Assembly: GCA_012799995.1 (NCBI GenBank)
Contig: JAAZKE010000025.1
Location: forward strand, 6,847-70,846
Reading direction: 5' to 3'
Length of the DNA stretch: 64,000 bases
Origin: Chloroflexota bacterium
GTDB taxonomy: Bacteria; Chloroflexota; Anaerolineae; Anaerolineales; Anaerolineaceae
The notes under the pieces were generated by a model. The model searched no databases. It saw only the letters and a program-made list of their open reading frames with translations, and had not been told where the DNA came from. Shown piece by piece: positions 30,353-39,199 of this stretch; positions within the stretch are counted from its first letter, which is position 1, and every line of letters starts with the position of its first letter. The position numbers and the translations under genes are program-made.

Positions 30353-30771
30353 AACTGATTGGAATCATCAATGACGCGGTCACCTCATTGTTCAGGAAAC
30401 CAGCTACGATCGCCTATCCTGTCAAAAATAAACCTGTACCCGAACGATACCGCGCACGTTTGGACTTTAACGCATCTAAGTGCACTGGTTGTATGCTCTG
30501 TATGCGAGACTGTCCCACGAACACCATTAAAATCAACGTCATAGACCGAAAAGCGAAACAGTTCGTGATGACTTATAACATCGGCGAATGTGTGTACTGC
30601 ATGCAATGTGTCTTTAACTGCCGCTTCGATGCGCTCCAAATGACCAATAAATGCTGGGAATCTGCATCCGACGCTAAAAAGACCTTTCAAATTTATTATG
30701 GAAAAAAAGAACATATCGACTTCCTGCTGGCAAATAAAGATCAGCCAGCAGTTGACCAGTCTGAAGTCTGA
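30349..30771 (+). CDS. 2[4Fe-4S] ferredoxin-like subunit (NuoI-like)
   Basis: CTGCMLCMRDCP and CVYCMQCVFNC motifs. ATG 30349 behind GAGGA. Confidence 0.9.
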   Translation: MKLIGIINDAVTSLFRKPATIAYPVKNKPVPERYRARLDFNASKCTGCMLCMRDCPTNTIKINVIDRKAKQFVMTYNIGECVYCMQCVFNCRFDALQMTNKCWESASDAKKTFQIYYGKKEHIDFLLANKDQPAVDQSEV

Positions 30772-31228
30772 TAAAGAGATACCACATCTGCTGTTGCTCG
30801 GAATCGGCAACGAGTTGAATGGCGATGACGGCGCCGGGTGTATAATCGCCGATGCAATTAATTTGATCCCCCCAGATAAACTTAAACCGGACTTCGTTAT
30901 GACAACTTATAATGCTGGAACGGTCCCGGAAAATTTTGTCAGCGCTATCCGCAAGGCAAATCCGGATTTAATCCTGATTATTGATGCGGGTGACTTTTAT
31001 GAAATGTCCGGATCAATTGAACTGTTTTCACCCGCAGATGTTACCGGTTTCTCTTTTGCAACGCATGCGCTGCCTCTCAATGTGCTGGCTGAATATATCA
31101 GCAGCGAATTGAATGTTCAAGTTGAAATCCTTTTAATTCAACCGGAATCAAATGATTACCTGTCGCCGCTTTCCCCAAATGTAGAAATTGCAATTCAGGA
31201 AGTAATCAGTTTTTTCAGAAATTCTTAA
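30698..31228 (+). CDS. Hydrogenase maturation protease (HycI-type)
   Basis: GIGNELNGDDGAG, AG.VPEN, IIDA and THALPL motifs. Start uncertain. Confidence 0.88.
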   Translation: MEKKNISTSCWQIKISQQLTSLKSDKEIPHLLLLGIGNELNGDDGAGCIIADAINLIPPDKLKPDFVMTTYNAGTVPENFVSAIRKANPDLILIIDAGDFYEMSGSIELFSPADVTGFSFATHALPLNVLAEYISSELNVQVEILLIQPESNDYLSPLSPNVEIAIQEVISFFRNS

Positions 31229-31396
31229 ACTTTTTTTCAGTTAGAAAAGAATCTTAAACTTGATTATTCCTATGACTAATCAAGCCAAATGTCATACTCA
31301 TTTCGTTTTTTAAAAGAAGCTTAGCTGGTTCTTGATTTATAATGACGACAAAAGTTGAGAAAGCCTTAGATTGAGTTTACTGCTTTTGGAGGAACA

Positions 31397-32254
31397 ATGT
31401 CTTTTCACATCCTAACTGACTCCTGTTGTGAATTACCTGATGAAATACACAGCCAATATAAAAACTTCAGCATGATCGAGCTAACATACACGATTGATGG
31501 GCAGGAAGCTTCCCTGGCAATGCCGGAAAAAGAATTTTATGACAGATTGCGCAACGGCGCCTATGCTAAAACCAGCCAGGTTGTTCCTTCCACCTTCGAA
31601 GAGAAATATCGCGAAATTTTCAACAGCGGAGAGAATGAAATTCTTTATCTTGGTTTTTCAAAAGCCCTGAGCGGCACCTTCGCGAACGGAAAAATCGCAG
31701 CAGAAACGGTTACAAAGAAAGACAACCAGCGCATTATCACCATCGATACTTATTCCGCCTCGTTGGGCATGGGTGCGCTGGTCGATTATGCCATCGAATT
31801 ACGGGATTCAGGCAAATCGATGGATGAAGTCGCTGAATGGGTCGAACAAAATAAATTGAAAATGAATCATTGGTTCACTGTAGATGACTTAAAATATCTG
31901 CAACGGGGTGGAAGAGTGACCACCAGCGCTGCATTCATCGGTGGAATCCTGAATATCAAGCCTGTCATGCACGTCAACAACGAAGGGCGCTTGATCCCGC
32001 TGGAAAAAATGATGGGCAGGAAAAAAGCGATCAAGCGCCTTTTCCAGAAGATGGAAGAGATGGTTGTCAATCCTGAAGAGCAGAAAATCTATATCAGCCA
32101 CGGAGATTGCCTTGAAGAAGCCGAAATGCTCGCGGAAATGGTGCGCGAAAAGTACAAAGTCCGCGATCTGATCATCGGCTATAACCGCAAGGTAATCGGT
32201 TCACATACCGGCCAGGGTGTGCTGGCACTGTTTTTCCTGGGCGATCATCGTTGA
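31397..32254 (+). CDS. DegV family protein (second paralogue)
   Basis: TDSCCE, KTSQ, FSKALSGTF, L.YL.RGGR, IKP and H.GQG.LA motifs. Confidence 0.9.
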   Translation: MSFHILTDSCCELPDEIHSQYKNFSMIELTYTIDGQEASLAMPEKEFYDRLRNGAYAKTSQVVPSTFEEKYREIFNSGENEILYLGFSKALSGTFANGKIAAETVTKKDNQRIITIDTYSASLGMGALVDYAIELRDSGKSMDEVAEWVEQNKLKMNHWFTVDDLKYLQRGGRVTTSAAFIGGILNIKPVMHVNNEGRLIPLEKMMGRKKAIKRLFQKMEEMVVNPEEQKIYISHGDCLEEAEMLAEMVREKYKVRDLIIGYNRKVIGSHTGQGVLALFFLGDHR

Positions 32255-32272
32255 GTTTTTTTCTTGATAAGA

Positions 32273-32301
32273 AAAGAACTGTCTTGTTTAGACAGTTCTT
32301 T
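32273..32301. terminator. Bidirectional terminator
   Basis: AAAGAACTGTCT-TGTTT-AGACAGTTCTTT between convergent degV and alaS. Confidence 0.75.
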
Positions 32302-32306
32302 GTTTT

Positions 32307-35042
32307 TCAGCTGATTGACTCCAGATAGGGGATAACTGAGTCGATTGCCATTTGGGCTTTTCCAACATCCTTCCCACCCCCTTGTGCCATATTCGGTCGA
32401 CCGCCGCCTTTTCCGCCAACAATTTCCGATACCCGTTTGATTATATTTCCAGCATGGATTCCCCGCTTCACAACCGAGTCAGACACCGCGGCGATGAAGA
32501 TAACCTGTTCATTTTCAATTGTTCCCAGAACGATTACAGCGTTTTCAAAAGATTCTTTAAATTTATCTGTCATTGCCCGCAGAATGTCTGGCGATGTATC
32601 AGGCACCATGCTGACCAGTACGTTGAGGTCATTTACTTTCACAGTCGACTTAAGTGTCTTATTGAATTCGCTCAAAGCCATTCGCCTCTTGAGTTGTTGA
32701 ATTTCCTGTTCTGAAAGATGAAGCTGACTCAACAGCTCTTCCACCTTCTGAACAATACCTGATTCTCTGGCATTCAGAATTGAGGTAATCTGCTTCATAT
32801 TCTGCACAGCCTTAAGCGCATATTCAGACGCAGCATGACCTGTAATCGCCTCAATACGGCGCACGCCGGTTGCGATGCTGCTTTCAGAGAGGATAAAGAA
32901 GGAGCCAATTTCATTGGTATTTGAGACATGCGTACCACCGCACAGTTCAGCTGAAAAGATTCCATCGCCATCCTTCACTCTGACTACACGAACAACCTCA
33001 CCATACTTTTCATCGAAAATGGCAGTAACCCCTTCATCCATCGCCTGATCGAGGCTCTCGATATCTGTTGTCACAGCTTTAGCCGCGAGGATCTGATCGT
33101 TGACAATCTTTTCAATCTTGCTGAGTTCTTCCGTTGTCAAAGCGCGCGACGAATTGAAGTCAAACCGTAAGCGATCATAAGAAACCAGCGAGCCTGCCTG
33201 ACGCGCATCTTCACCAAGCACCTGACGAAGCGCAGCGTGCAACAGATGGGTTGCAGTATGGTTTCGCATGATATCCTTACGGCGATTACGATCGACGTCA
33301 ACGGTGATTTCCTGCCCGATGTGAATTTCACCGGAAACCAGCTTGCCTTTATGCAGAATCATCCCGGCAATTGGTCTGCGTACTGACTCCACCTGGAAAC
33401 AGGTTGTGCCATCATCCGAGGTGATCTGTCCGATGTCACCAATTTGACCACCCATTTCAATATAAAAATTGCTGTGATCGGTGACAACTTCGCCACTTTC
33501 TCCCTCTTTCAGGTTGGTAACCGTTTCACCATCTTTCATTATCAGCACTACGTGGGTTTGAACAGCATCGTGTCGGTAAGGATCATTTCGAACACCATCC
33601 TCATCTAACGCCCCACCAGTTTTTAATTCCTGCAGCAGCTGCGATAAATGTTCCGATTCCTCTCCTCCCATGCTGCCTATCGCTTTTCCAGCTCCGGATG
33701 CGATACGATGGCGCTCATTTGAGGCTTTGAAACCCTCGCGATCCACGTCAAAACCATGCTCGCGAACAATATCATAAGTGATTTCCAATGGCAAACCATG
33801 GGTGGAATACAAGTCAAAACTGACTTCACCATCCACCACTGTTTCGCCTTTTTCTTTCATCGAATGTATGACCTGATTGAGAACTTCAATGCCATGTTCC
33901 AGCGTCTTATTGAAACGTGCTTCTTCCATCTGAATTGAACGCAGGATCGAGTTCCGCATGCGCTTCAATTCCGGAAAAGCTTCGCCATAATTCTCAATAA
34001 CCACCTCGGCGATTTTATCCATAAAACCATCGCGCAAACCGATCTGCTGACCAAAACGAACCGCTCTGCGAATAATCATCCGACATACATAATTCCGCCC
34101 GATGTTTCCAGGGATGACACCGTCTGCGATCAGGAATGAAGCGGCACGGCTGTGATCCGCAATCACACGATAAGGGGTAAAGTCCTTCTTCATTTCTTCA
34201 ACCGATGTTCCCGCCAGACTACGAATTTTTTCGATCATCGGGATAAACAGATCGGTTGTGTAGTTTGAGTCGGCATTTTGCAGTATGGAGACAATGCGTT
34301 CGAATCCCATACCGGTATCAACGTAATGCTTCTTCAGAGGAATAAGTGTATTTTCATCTTGTCGATTGTACTGAATAAAAACCAGGTTCCAGATTTCAAG
34401 GAACCGGCTGCAGTCTCCATTTACATGGCACACATGCCCGGGCACATGCTGCTTATCACAGCGTTCTGGCCCCAAGTCTACATGAATTTCACTGCAGGGA
34501 CCGCAGGGGCCGGTTTCTGCCATTTCCCAGAAATTCTCTTTCCGCCCGAAATAGAGGATTTGATCCGGGTTGATTCCCGGCTGTTGTTTCCAGATAGAAT
34601 AAGCTTCTTCATCGGTGGAGACTTCATTCTTGTCATCTTTGAAACAAGTCGTCCATAATCGCGATTTGTCGAAGCCCCACACTTCCGTCAGTAATTCCCA
34701 CGCCCATTCGATCGCTTCTTTTTTGTAATAATCCCCGAATGACCAGTTTCCAAGCATTTCAAAAAAGGTATGATGTGAGTCATCACGACCGACTTCATCA
34801 AGATCGTTGTGTTTTCCAGCCACCCGCATACATTTTTGCGTATCACAGGCACGGGTATAGGGTCTGACGTCGGTTCCCAAGAATACATCCTTGAACTGAA
34901 CCATACCAGCATTAGTGAAAAGAAGCGTCTGATCACCGGCAGGTACCAGAGAAGCTGAGCGCACCTCTGTATGACCTTTTCCGACAAAAAAATCGATAAA
35001 CTGCTGACGAATCGTTTCTCCTGATAACTTTTTGTTCCCCAT
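32307..35042 (-). CDS. alaS: Alanine--tRNA ligase
   Basis: TLLFTNAGM.QFK, H.TFFEMLGNWSFGDY.K, DTGMG.ER, NHTATHLLH, ELCGGTHV and GGGR..MAQGGG motifs. Confidence 0.97.
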   Translation of the reverse strand: MGNKKLSGETIRQQFIDFFVGKGHTEVRSASLVPAGDQTLLFTNAGMVQFKDVFLGTDVRPYTRACDTQKCMRVAGKHNDLDEVGRDDSHHTFFEMLGNWSFGDYYKKEAIEWAWELLTEVWGFDKSRLWTTCFKDDKNEVSTDEEAYSIWKQQPGINPDQILYFGRKENFWEMAETGPCGPCSEIHVDLGPERCDKQHVPGHVCHVNGDCSRFLEIWNLVFIQYNRQDENTLIPLKKHYVDTGMGFERIVSILQNADSNYTTDLFIPMIEKIRSLAGTSVEEMKKDFTPYRVIADHSRAASFLIADGVIPGNIGRNYVCRMIIRRAVRFGQQIGLRDGFMDKIAEVVIENYGEAFPELKRMRNSILRSIQMEEARFNKTLEHGIEVLNQVIHSMKEKGETVVDGEVSFDLYSTHGLPLEITYDIVREHGFDVDREGFKASNERHRIASGAGKAIGSMGGEESEHLSQLLQELKTGGALDEDGVRNDPYRHDAVQTHVVLIMKDGETVTNLKEGESGEVVTDHSNFYIEMGGQIGDIGQITSDDGTTCFQVESVRRPIAGMILHKGKLVSGEIHIGQEITVDVDRNRRKDIMRNHTATHLLHAALRQVLGEDARQAGSLVSYDRLRFDFNSSRALTTEELSKIEKIVNDQILAAKAVTTDIESLDQAMDEGVTAIFDEKYGEVVRVVRVKDGDGIFSAELCGGTHVSNTNEIGSFFILSESSIATGVRRIEAITGHAASEYALKAVQNMKQITSILNARESGIVQKVEELLSQLHLSEQEIQQLKRRMALSEFNKTLKSTVKVNDLNVLVSMVPDTSPDILRAMTDKFKESFENAVIVLGTIENEQVIFIAAVSDSVVKRGIHAGNIIKRVSEIVGGKGGGRPNMAQGGGKDVGKAQMAIDSVIPYLESIS

Positions 35043-35183
35043 AATCCCTCCATTCCATGCTGTTTACAAAAACAAGTGAACGACAATTATAAACTATTGA
35101 GCCGCAATTCTTCGGCAGACAACGCAATTAATGACTAGTGAGAGGGCAATAAAAACAAGAGGAAACCCACTATAATTTCCGGT

Positions 35184-35753
35184 ATGAGCAGGATATTCAT
35201 AGCAGCAAAGATTGACATGGAAACGCAGAATGCGCTTTACAGCATTCTGGCAAAAAGAAGAATCGACCAGCGCTTGTTCCGATTGACACCGCCTGCCAAT
35301 TTGCACATTACGCTCAAATTCCTTGGTGAAATTTCACAGGATCAAATTCAACAACTGATTGGTGTCGTCAGAGATGCGGGGAGTGAGTTTATCCCACCCA
35401 TGATGCATTTCTCAGGTGGCGGTGTTTTTCCAGCAGTTTCACGCGCGCGAATTCTGTGGATCGGATTATCACCCAAAACGGCTCTCAACACTTTGGTTAA
35501 ATCTATTGAAACAGGATGTGAAGAACTGGGGTTTCAACGTGAAAAGAAACTTTTTCATCCACATGTGACACTCGCACGAATAAAACGCCCGGTCAGTCAG
35601 GAAGATCAGCCCGCTGTACGCGATTGGATTGATTCCCTCAATCAAGCTGGTGATTTTCCTTATCGGATGAAAAATATATCGATTTATGATAGTGATTTAT
35701 CACAAAAATCACCTATATACAGAGAATTGTTCACTATAAAATGTAAATTATGA
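35184..35753 (+). CDS. thpR: RNA 2',3'-cyclic phosphodiesterase (2H family)
   Basis: Two HxT motifs (LHITLKFLG, PHVTLAR), RIFIA start and S.L....PIY end. Confidence 0.9.
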   Translation: MSRIFIAAKIDMETQNALYSILAKRRIDQRLFRLTPPANLHITLKFLGEISQDQIQQLIGVVRDAGSEFIPPMMHFSGGGVFPAVSRARILWIGLSPKTALNTLVKSIETGCEELGFQREKKLFHPHVTLARIKRPVSQEDQPAVRDWIDSLNQAGDFPYRMKNISIYDSDLSQKSPIYRELFTIKCKL

Positions 35754-35795
35754 TAGTATCTTATGTATATTTAGTAAACATTTAATCATTTCATT

Positions 35796-36158
35796 TTGAG
35801 AAAGGAGTGGGCGCTGGATACAATTTCAACTGCCAGAAAAATTGTTGAGATGCTCGAGGAGCATAAGGCTGAAAATATCATCCTGATGGATATCAGCGAT
35901 CAGGTTGATTTTACAGACTACTTTATTATTTGTACCGGGACAAGTGAACGAATGATAGGAGCAATAGCTGATGTGGTTGTCCGTGAAATGCGGTCCGAGC
36001 ATCAGATTCATGCCAGGACTCAGGGCATTGCGGAAGGTGGTTGGCTCTTGATCGATTTCAGTGACATAATCGTTCATATTTTTTCGCAGGAAAAACGTGA
36101 CTATTACAGTCTTGAAGATCTGTACCATGAAGCGAAAGTCCTTCTGCGTCTGGAATGA
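35796..36158 (+). CDS. rsfS: Ribosome silencing factor (true start possibly CTG at 35814)
   Basis: K..NI..MD, DYFIICTG.S.R, W.LID..D.IVH.F and R.YY.LE.LY motifs. Confidence 0.92.
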   Translation: MRKEWALDTISTARKIVEMLEEHKAENIILMDISDQVDFTDYFIICTGTSERMIGAIADVVVREMRSEHQIHARTQGIAEGGWLLIDFSDIIVHIFSQEKRDYYSLEDLYHEAKVLLRLE

Positions 36159-36362
36159 GCTGTTTTCATTCGCTCATATAACTTATCAAAATATGTTTCA
36201 AAAGTTACATGATTCTTTTTTATATAATCATTTTTTTATTAATTTTTTGTTATAAATCGTGAAAATCTATATTTAGCTGGAAATATATAACAATAGTTTT
36301 CAAAAAATAAGAAAGGGATAAAGATTAAAGACACCAGCCTTTCCCTGAATAGAGGAGAAAAA

Positions 36363-36761
36363 ATGTTGAAAGTAAGTCGACGACTTAACTATGGGTTACA
36401 GTTGATGCTCGCTTTGGCATCAGAAGTTGATGGTGGCTCAAAATCCACTGCTCTCATTGCTGAAAAACTGAACATTCCGTTACCATTTCTGCATCAGATT
36501 GCTCATACATTACAGCAAAATGGTCTGATTAAAGCCACTCCCGGACCACGGGGCGGTTTACGATTAGGGCAAAAAGGGACAAATATCACCCTCTATGACA
36601 TTTTCAATGCACTTGAAGGTCAATTTTCCGTGCCGACAATCGAATCGGACAAAGAAACTACCGAAAATGAAATCGCATTTGAACTCTGGAAAGAAGTTGG
36701 AAGCAAGTTCAGTAATATCTTAAAAGAGTACAAACTGGCTGATCTGATTCAAAATGAATAA
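36363..36761 (+). CDS. Rrf2-family transcriptional regulator (no Cys)
   Basis: wHTH pattern IAEKLNIP..FL.QI...L...GLI....G..GG..L......ITL.DI..ALEG. Confidence 0.85.
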   Translation: MLKVSRRLNYGLQLMLALASEVDGGSKSTALIAEKLNIPLPFLHQIAHTLQQNGLIKATPGPRGGLRLGQKGTNITLYDIFNALEGQFSVPTIESDKETTENEIAFELWKEVGSKFSNILKEYKLADLIQNE

Positions 36762-37062
36762 TAATTCGTTTCAGCAAAAGGTGAATGAATTTGACGCTGC
36801 CATTCAGAAAGTTCCTAATATGAATGGAGCCTATGTTGAATTTCCATATGACTTCAAACAGAAATTTGGAAAAAGACGCATTAATGTCTCAGCCACTTTT
36901 GATGGTTACCCTTACGAAGGGTCTCTGGTACGAACAGGAACGCTCAGCCAAATTATTTGTATCCGAAAAGAAATCAATACAGAAATCAAGAAACAACGCG
37001 ATGATTTGGCACAAGTCACAATCCGCGAAAATCCGCATAAGAACTCGCGGGCAATTCCTTAA
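36754..37062 (+). CDS. DUF1905-domain protein (possibly eroded)
   Basis: FDA.IQKVP...GAYVEFPYD....FG...V.ATFDG.PY.GSLV and IRK.I motifs. Confidence 0.65.
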   Translation: MNNNSFQQKVNEFDAAIQKVPNMNGAYVEFPYDFKQKFGKRRINVSATFDGYPYEGSLVRTGTLSQIICIRKEINTEIKKQRDDLAQVTIRENPHKNSRAIP

Positions 37063-37102
37063 TAACCTCCCGAAAAATAAGCTTCATCCATAATAGTAAA
37101 AC

Positions 37103-37132
37103 AAAGCACCCTAAGCCAGATAGGGTGCTTTT
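37103..37132. terminator. Bidirectional terminator
   Basis: AAAGCACCCTA-AGCCAGA-TAGGGTGCTTT. Confidence 0.75.
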
Positions 37133-37157
37133 GATTAGAAAAACGTTTCGCGCTGCT

Positions 37158-38192
37158 TTAGGGAGCCGGAGGTGTAAGCTGAACTTCTATAGTCGGCGAT
37201 GGCTTCGGCAGTGTCCAGTCCATCGTTTCTTGAGAAACACTCCCTTCCCGCCAGGGCAGCATCTCAAAGAAATCAGCATACGACATTCCTTTGATGATTT
37301 CATATCTTCCCAGATAGTAAATGATATCCCGTGATTGCTTAATGGTGTGCTGCTTCCCCATGGCAGCTTTGTAAAGCGCTTCACTGACCTTTTGAACCAT
37401 GACGCTGCCTGCATCAATGATCCCACCCGGGTAGGCATATACCAGAATCGGGACGCCAAATTTTTCTTCCAGGGTAGTTTTTGACCGCCCGATTTCCTGT
37501 CCGTAGTAGGCTGGGTCATTGTTTCGATTGAATCCTGAACTGCCAATCTCCCAACCCACATTCATCATCTCACGTACCTGTTCAGAGGAGAGACAATTCT
37601 GTGTATCAACCTGATTCGCAACCAACATCAGGTTTCCAACCATCCCATATTTGGTCAAAATGGGGAAGGCGTTCCGATATTGCCCAAGTTTGGAGGAGTC
37701 AAAGGTAAACATCACCGGCCGCGGAGGCAGCTCCCCGCCCTCAAGTAATACTTTAACCAGTTGAGAGAGCGTAATGCTGTTGTAGCCCAGCTCGGAAAGT
37801 ACTCGTACCTGCTGTTCAAATTCAGCCGAGGTGACATTAAGTGGACTCTCCCATTGGTAGAAGGGATCATCGGATGCCGAATTGGCAACATCGTTGTAAT
37901 ACAGGATTAAGACTTCAGCCGCACCGGCAGGATAATTTATCCAGGTGGCTGTTGGTTCGGGCGTTGGCGGCAGGGTTTCTGTTGCTGTGGGTGTGATTGT
38001 CGCAGTTTCTGTGGGAGTAAAGGTCGGAGTCGGTGGTGTCAGCGATGCAATGCGGTTATTCTCTGCCTGAATTGTTGAAGCGGCAATTGTATAAAGCACA
38101 TTTGGATCAGTATTGTTATCGGGCATATTGCATGCAGAAAAAAGCATGATTATCATCAAAACGAGGGATAAATATTTATTATTTCGTGTCAT
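37158..38192 (-). CDS. Lipoprotein with polysaccharide-deacetylase (CE4/NodB) fold, catalytic residues missing
   Basis: GGAGG then ATG 38192. Lipobox FSAC, P/T linker, then LPPRPV.FTFD, AFPIL.KYG, GWEIGS and YAYP.G. TFDD is TFDS and HxxxH is absent. Confidence 0.8.
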   Translation of the reverse strand: MTRNNKYLSLVLMIIMLFSACNMPDNNTDPNVLYTIAASTIQAENNRIASLTPPTPTFTPTETATITPTATETLPPTPEPTATWINYPAGAAEVLILYYNDVANSASDDPFYQWESPLNVTSAEFEQQVRVLSELGYNSITLSQLVKVLLEGGELPPRPVMFTFDSSKLGQYRNAFPILTKYGMVGNLMLVANQVDTQNCLSSEQVREMMNVGWEIGSSGFNRNNDPAYYGQEIGRSKTTLEEKFGVPILVYAYPGGIIDAGSVMVQKVSEALYKAAMGKQHTIKQSRDIIYYLGRYEIIKGMSYADFFEMLPWREGSVSQETMDWTLPKPSPTIEVQLTPPAP

Positions 38193-38260
38193 AGGAACGT
38201 TTCCTCCCAAGCTGCTATTGAATAACTAAATTAATTCTACCTGATCTGCTCTTTTCAGTT

Positions 38261-39199
38261 TCATATAGGTGCAATCCACAAAGGAACTGCCTGAAAGTAC
38301 ATCAGCAGCAAGATGTTGCCAATCGCCAGAACGCCATCCATTTTCCAGTTGATCCTGGATCCCTGCATGATTTTCTCAAGCCGGATTATTTGAATTGAAG
38401 CTGTAATAATACAGAACAGTTGTGGAGAAAGCACTCGCCAATGTACACCCATCAAATTCGATAAAACAATCGCCAAAAACCCAAAGGCCAAAAACAAATG
38501 ATGAACAATGATTCGGCTGTGACGGATTGCCCGTGGAAAAGACCCAACATCCGGTTGGATCATCTTATCAACTGCAGCCATTTGTCCAACAAAACGAAAT
38601 GCGAGGTAAAAGAGAAATTCGGGGATAAAAAACCCAGCAAAGTAAGCGCTTTCTTTATGAAAGTCGTGATTCAACAGCACTAATAGCGCCGGGAATAGAA
38701 TCACAAAAAAACCATCCATAAAATCAAGAATCCAATGATCCAGTTTTTTCTGCTGAATTTTCCAACTCAGAATGAGCAGGACAATTGCTCCAAATATAAG
38801 GAAGTTTAGTGTAAGCGGGTTTTTACTGAGACGCATCCCGATCAGGCTCAACGCAGCAATCAAAGTACCTGCTATTAACAAGCTGCGTTCGATGGAATTG
38901 TTCAAATCCATCCATTGAATGGGAACCGGTTCTTTCCAGGGAATTGTAAGGAGAGTCGCATCGTTTATTTCTTTTGCCTTAATGTTTTCCAGCATTGTCT
39001 TCAACAGCAACAGATAGCTGAACAGCAAAAAAAAGATCGCTATTAAGAATATTACCAGCACCAGCCCCCAATGGATTTCACCTCCCCAGAAATGGATAAT
39101 CCCTAAAGCAACCATCATCGCTCCAGCGATCAGGGCAACTTTAATCCATGAGAATCCCGCAAAGGTATTTCTAATACTGGTGAGAATTGAGTGGATCAT
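38261..39199 (-). CDS. Integral membrane protein, possibly a diverged UbiA/MenA-family member
   Basis: About 9 hydrophobic segments with UbiA-like spacing and no Asp-rich motifs. Family assignment is from recalled similarity only. Confidence 0.45.
   Translation of the reverse strand: MIHSILTSIRNTFAGFSWIKVALIAGAMMVALGIIHFWGGEIHWGLVLVIFLIAIFFLLFSYLLLLKTMLENIKAKEINDATLLTIPWKEPVPIQWMDLNNSIERSLLIAGTLIAALSLIGMRLSKNPLTLNFLIFGAIVLLILSWKIQQKKLDHWILDFMDGFFVILFPALLVLLNHDFHKESAYFAGFFIPEFLFYLAFRFVGQMAAVDKMIQPDVGSFPRAIRHSRIIVHHLFLAFGFLAIVLSNLMGVHWRVLSPQLFCIITASIQIIRLEKIMQGSRINWKMDGVLAIGNILLLMYFQAVPLWIAPI

Noticed and set aside
31229-31396. Alternative hairpins (CTTGATTA/TAATCAAG, TATGAC/GTCATA) between the hydrogenase operon and degV
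   Set aside because: They are short AT-rich stems with no riboswitch consensus or U-tract terminator.
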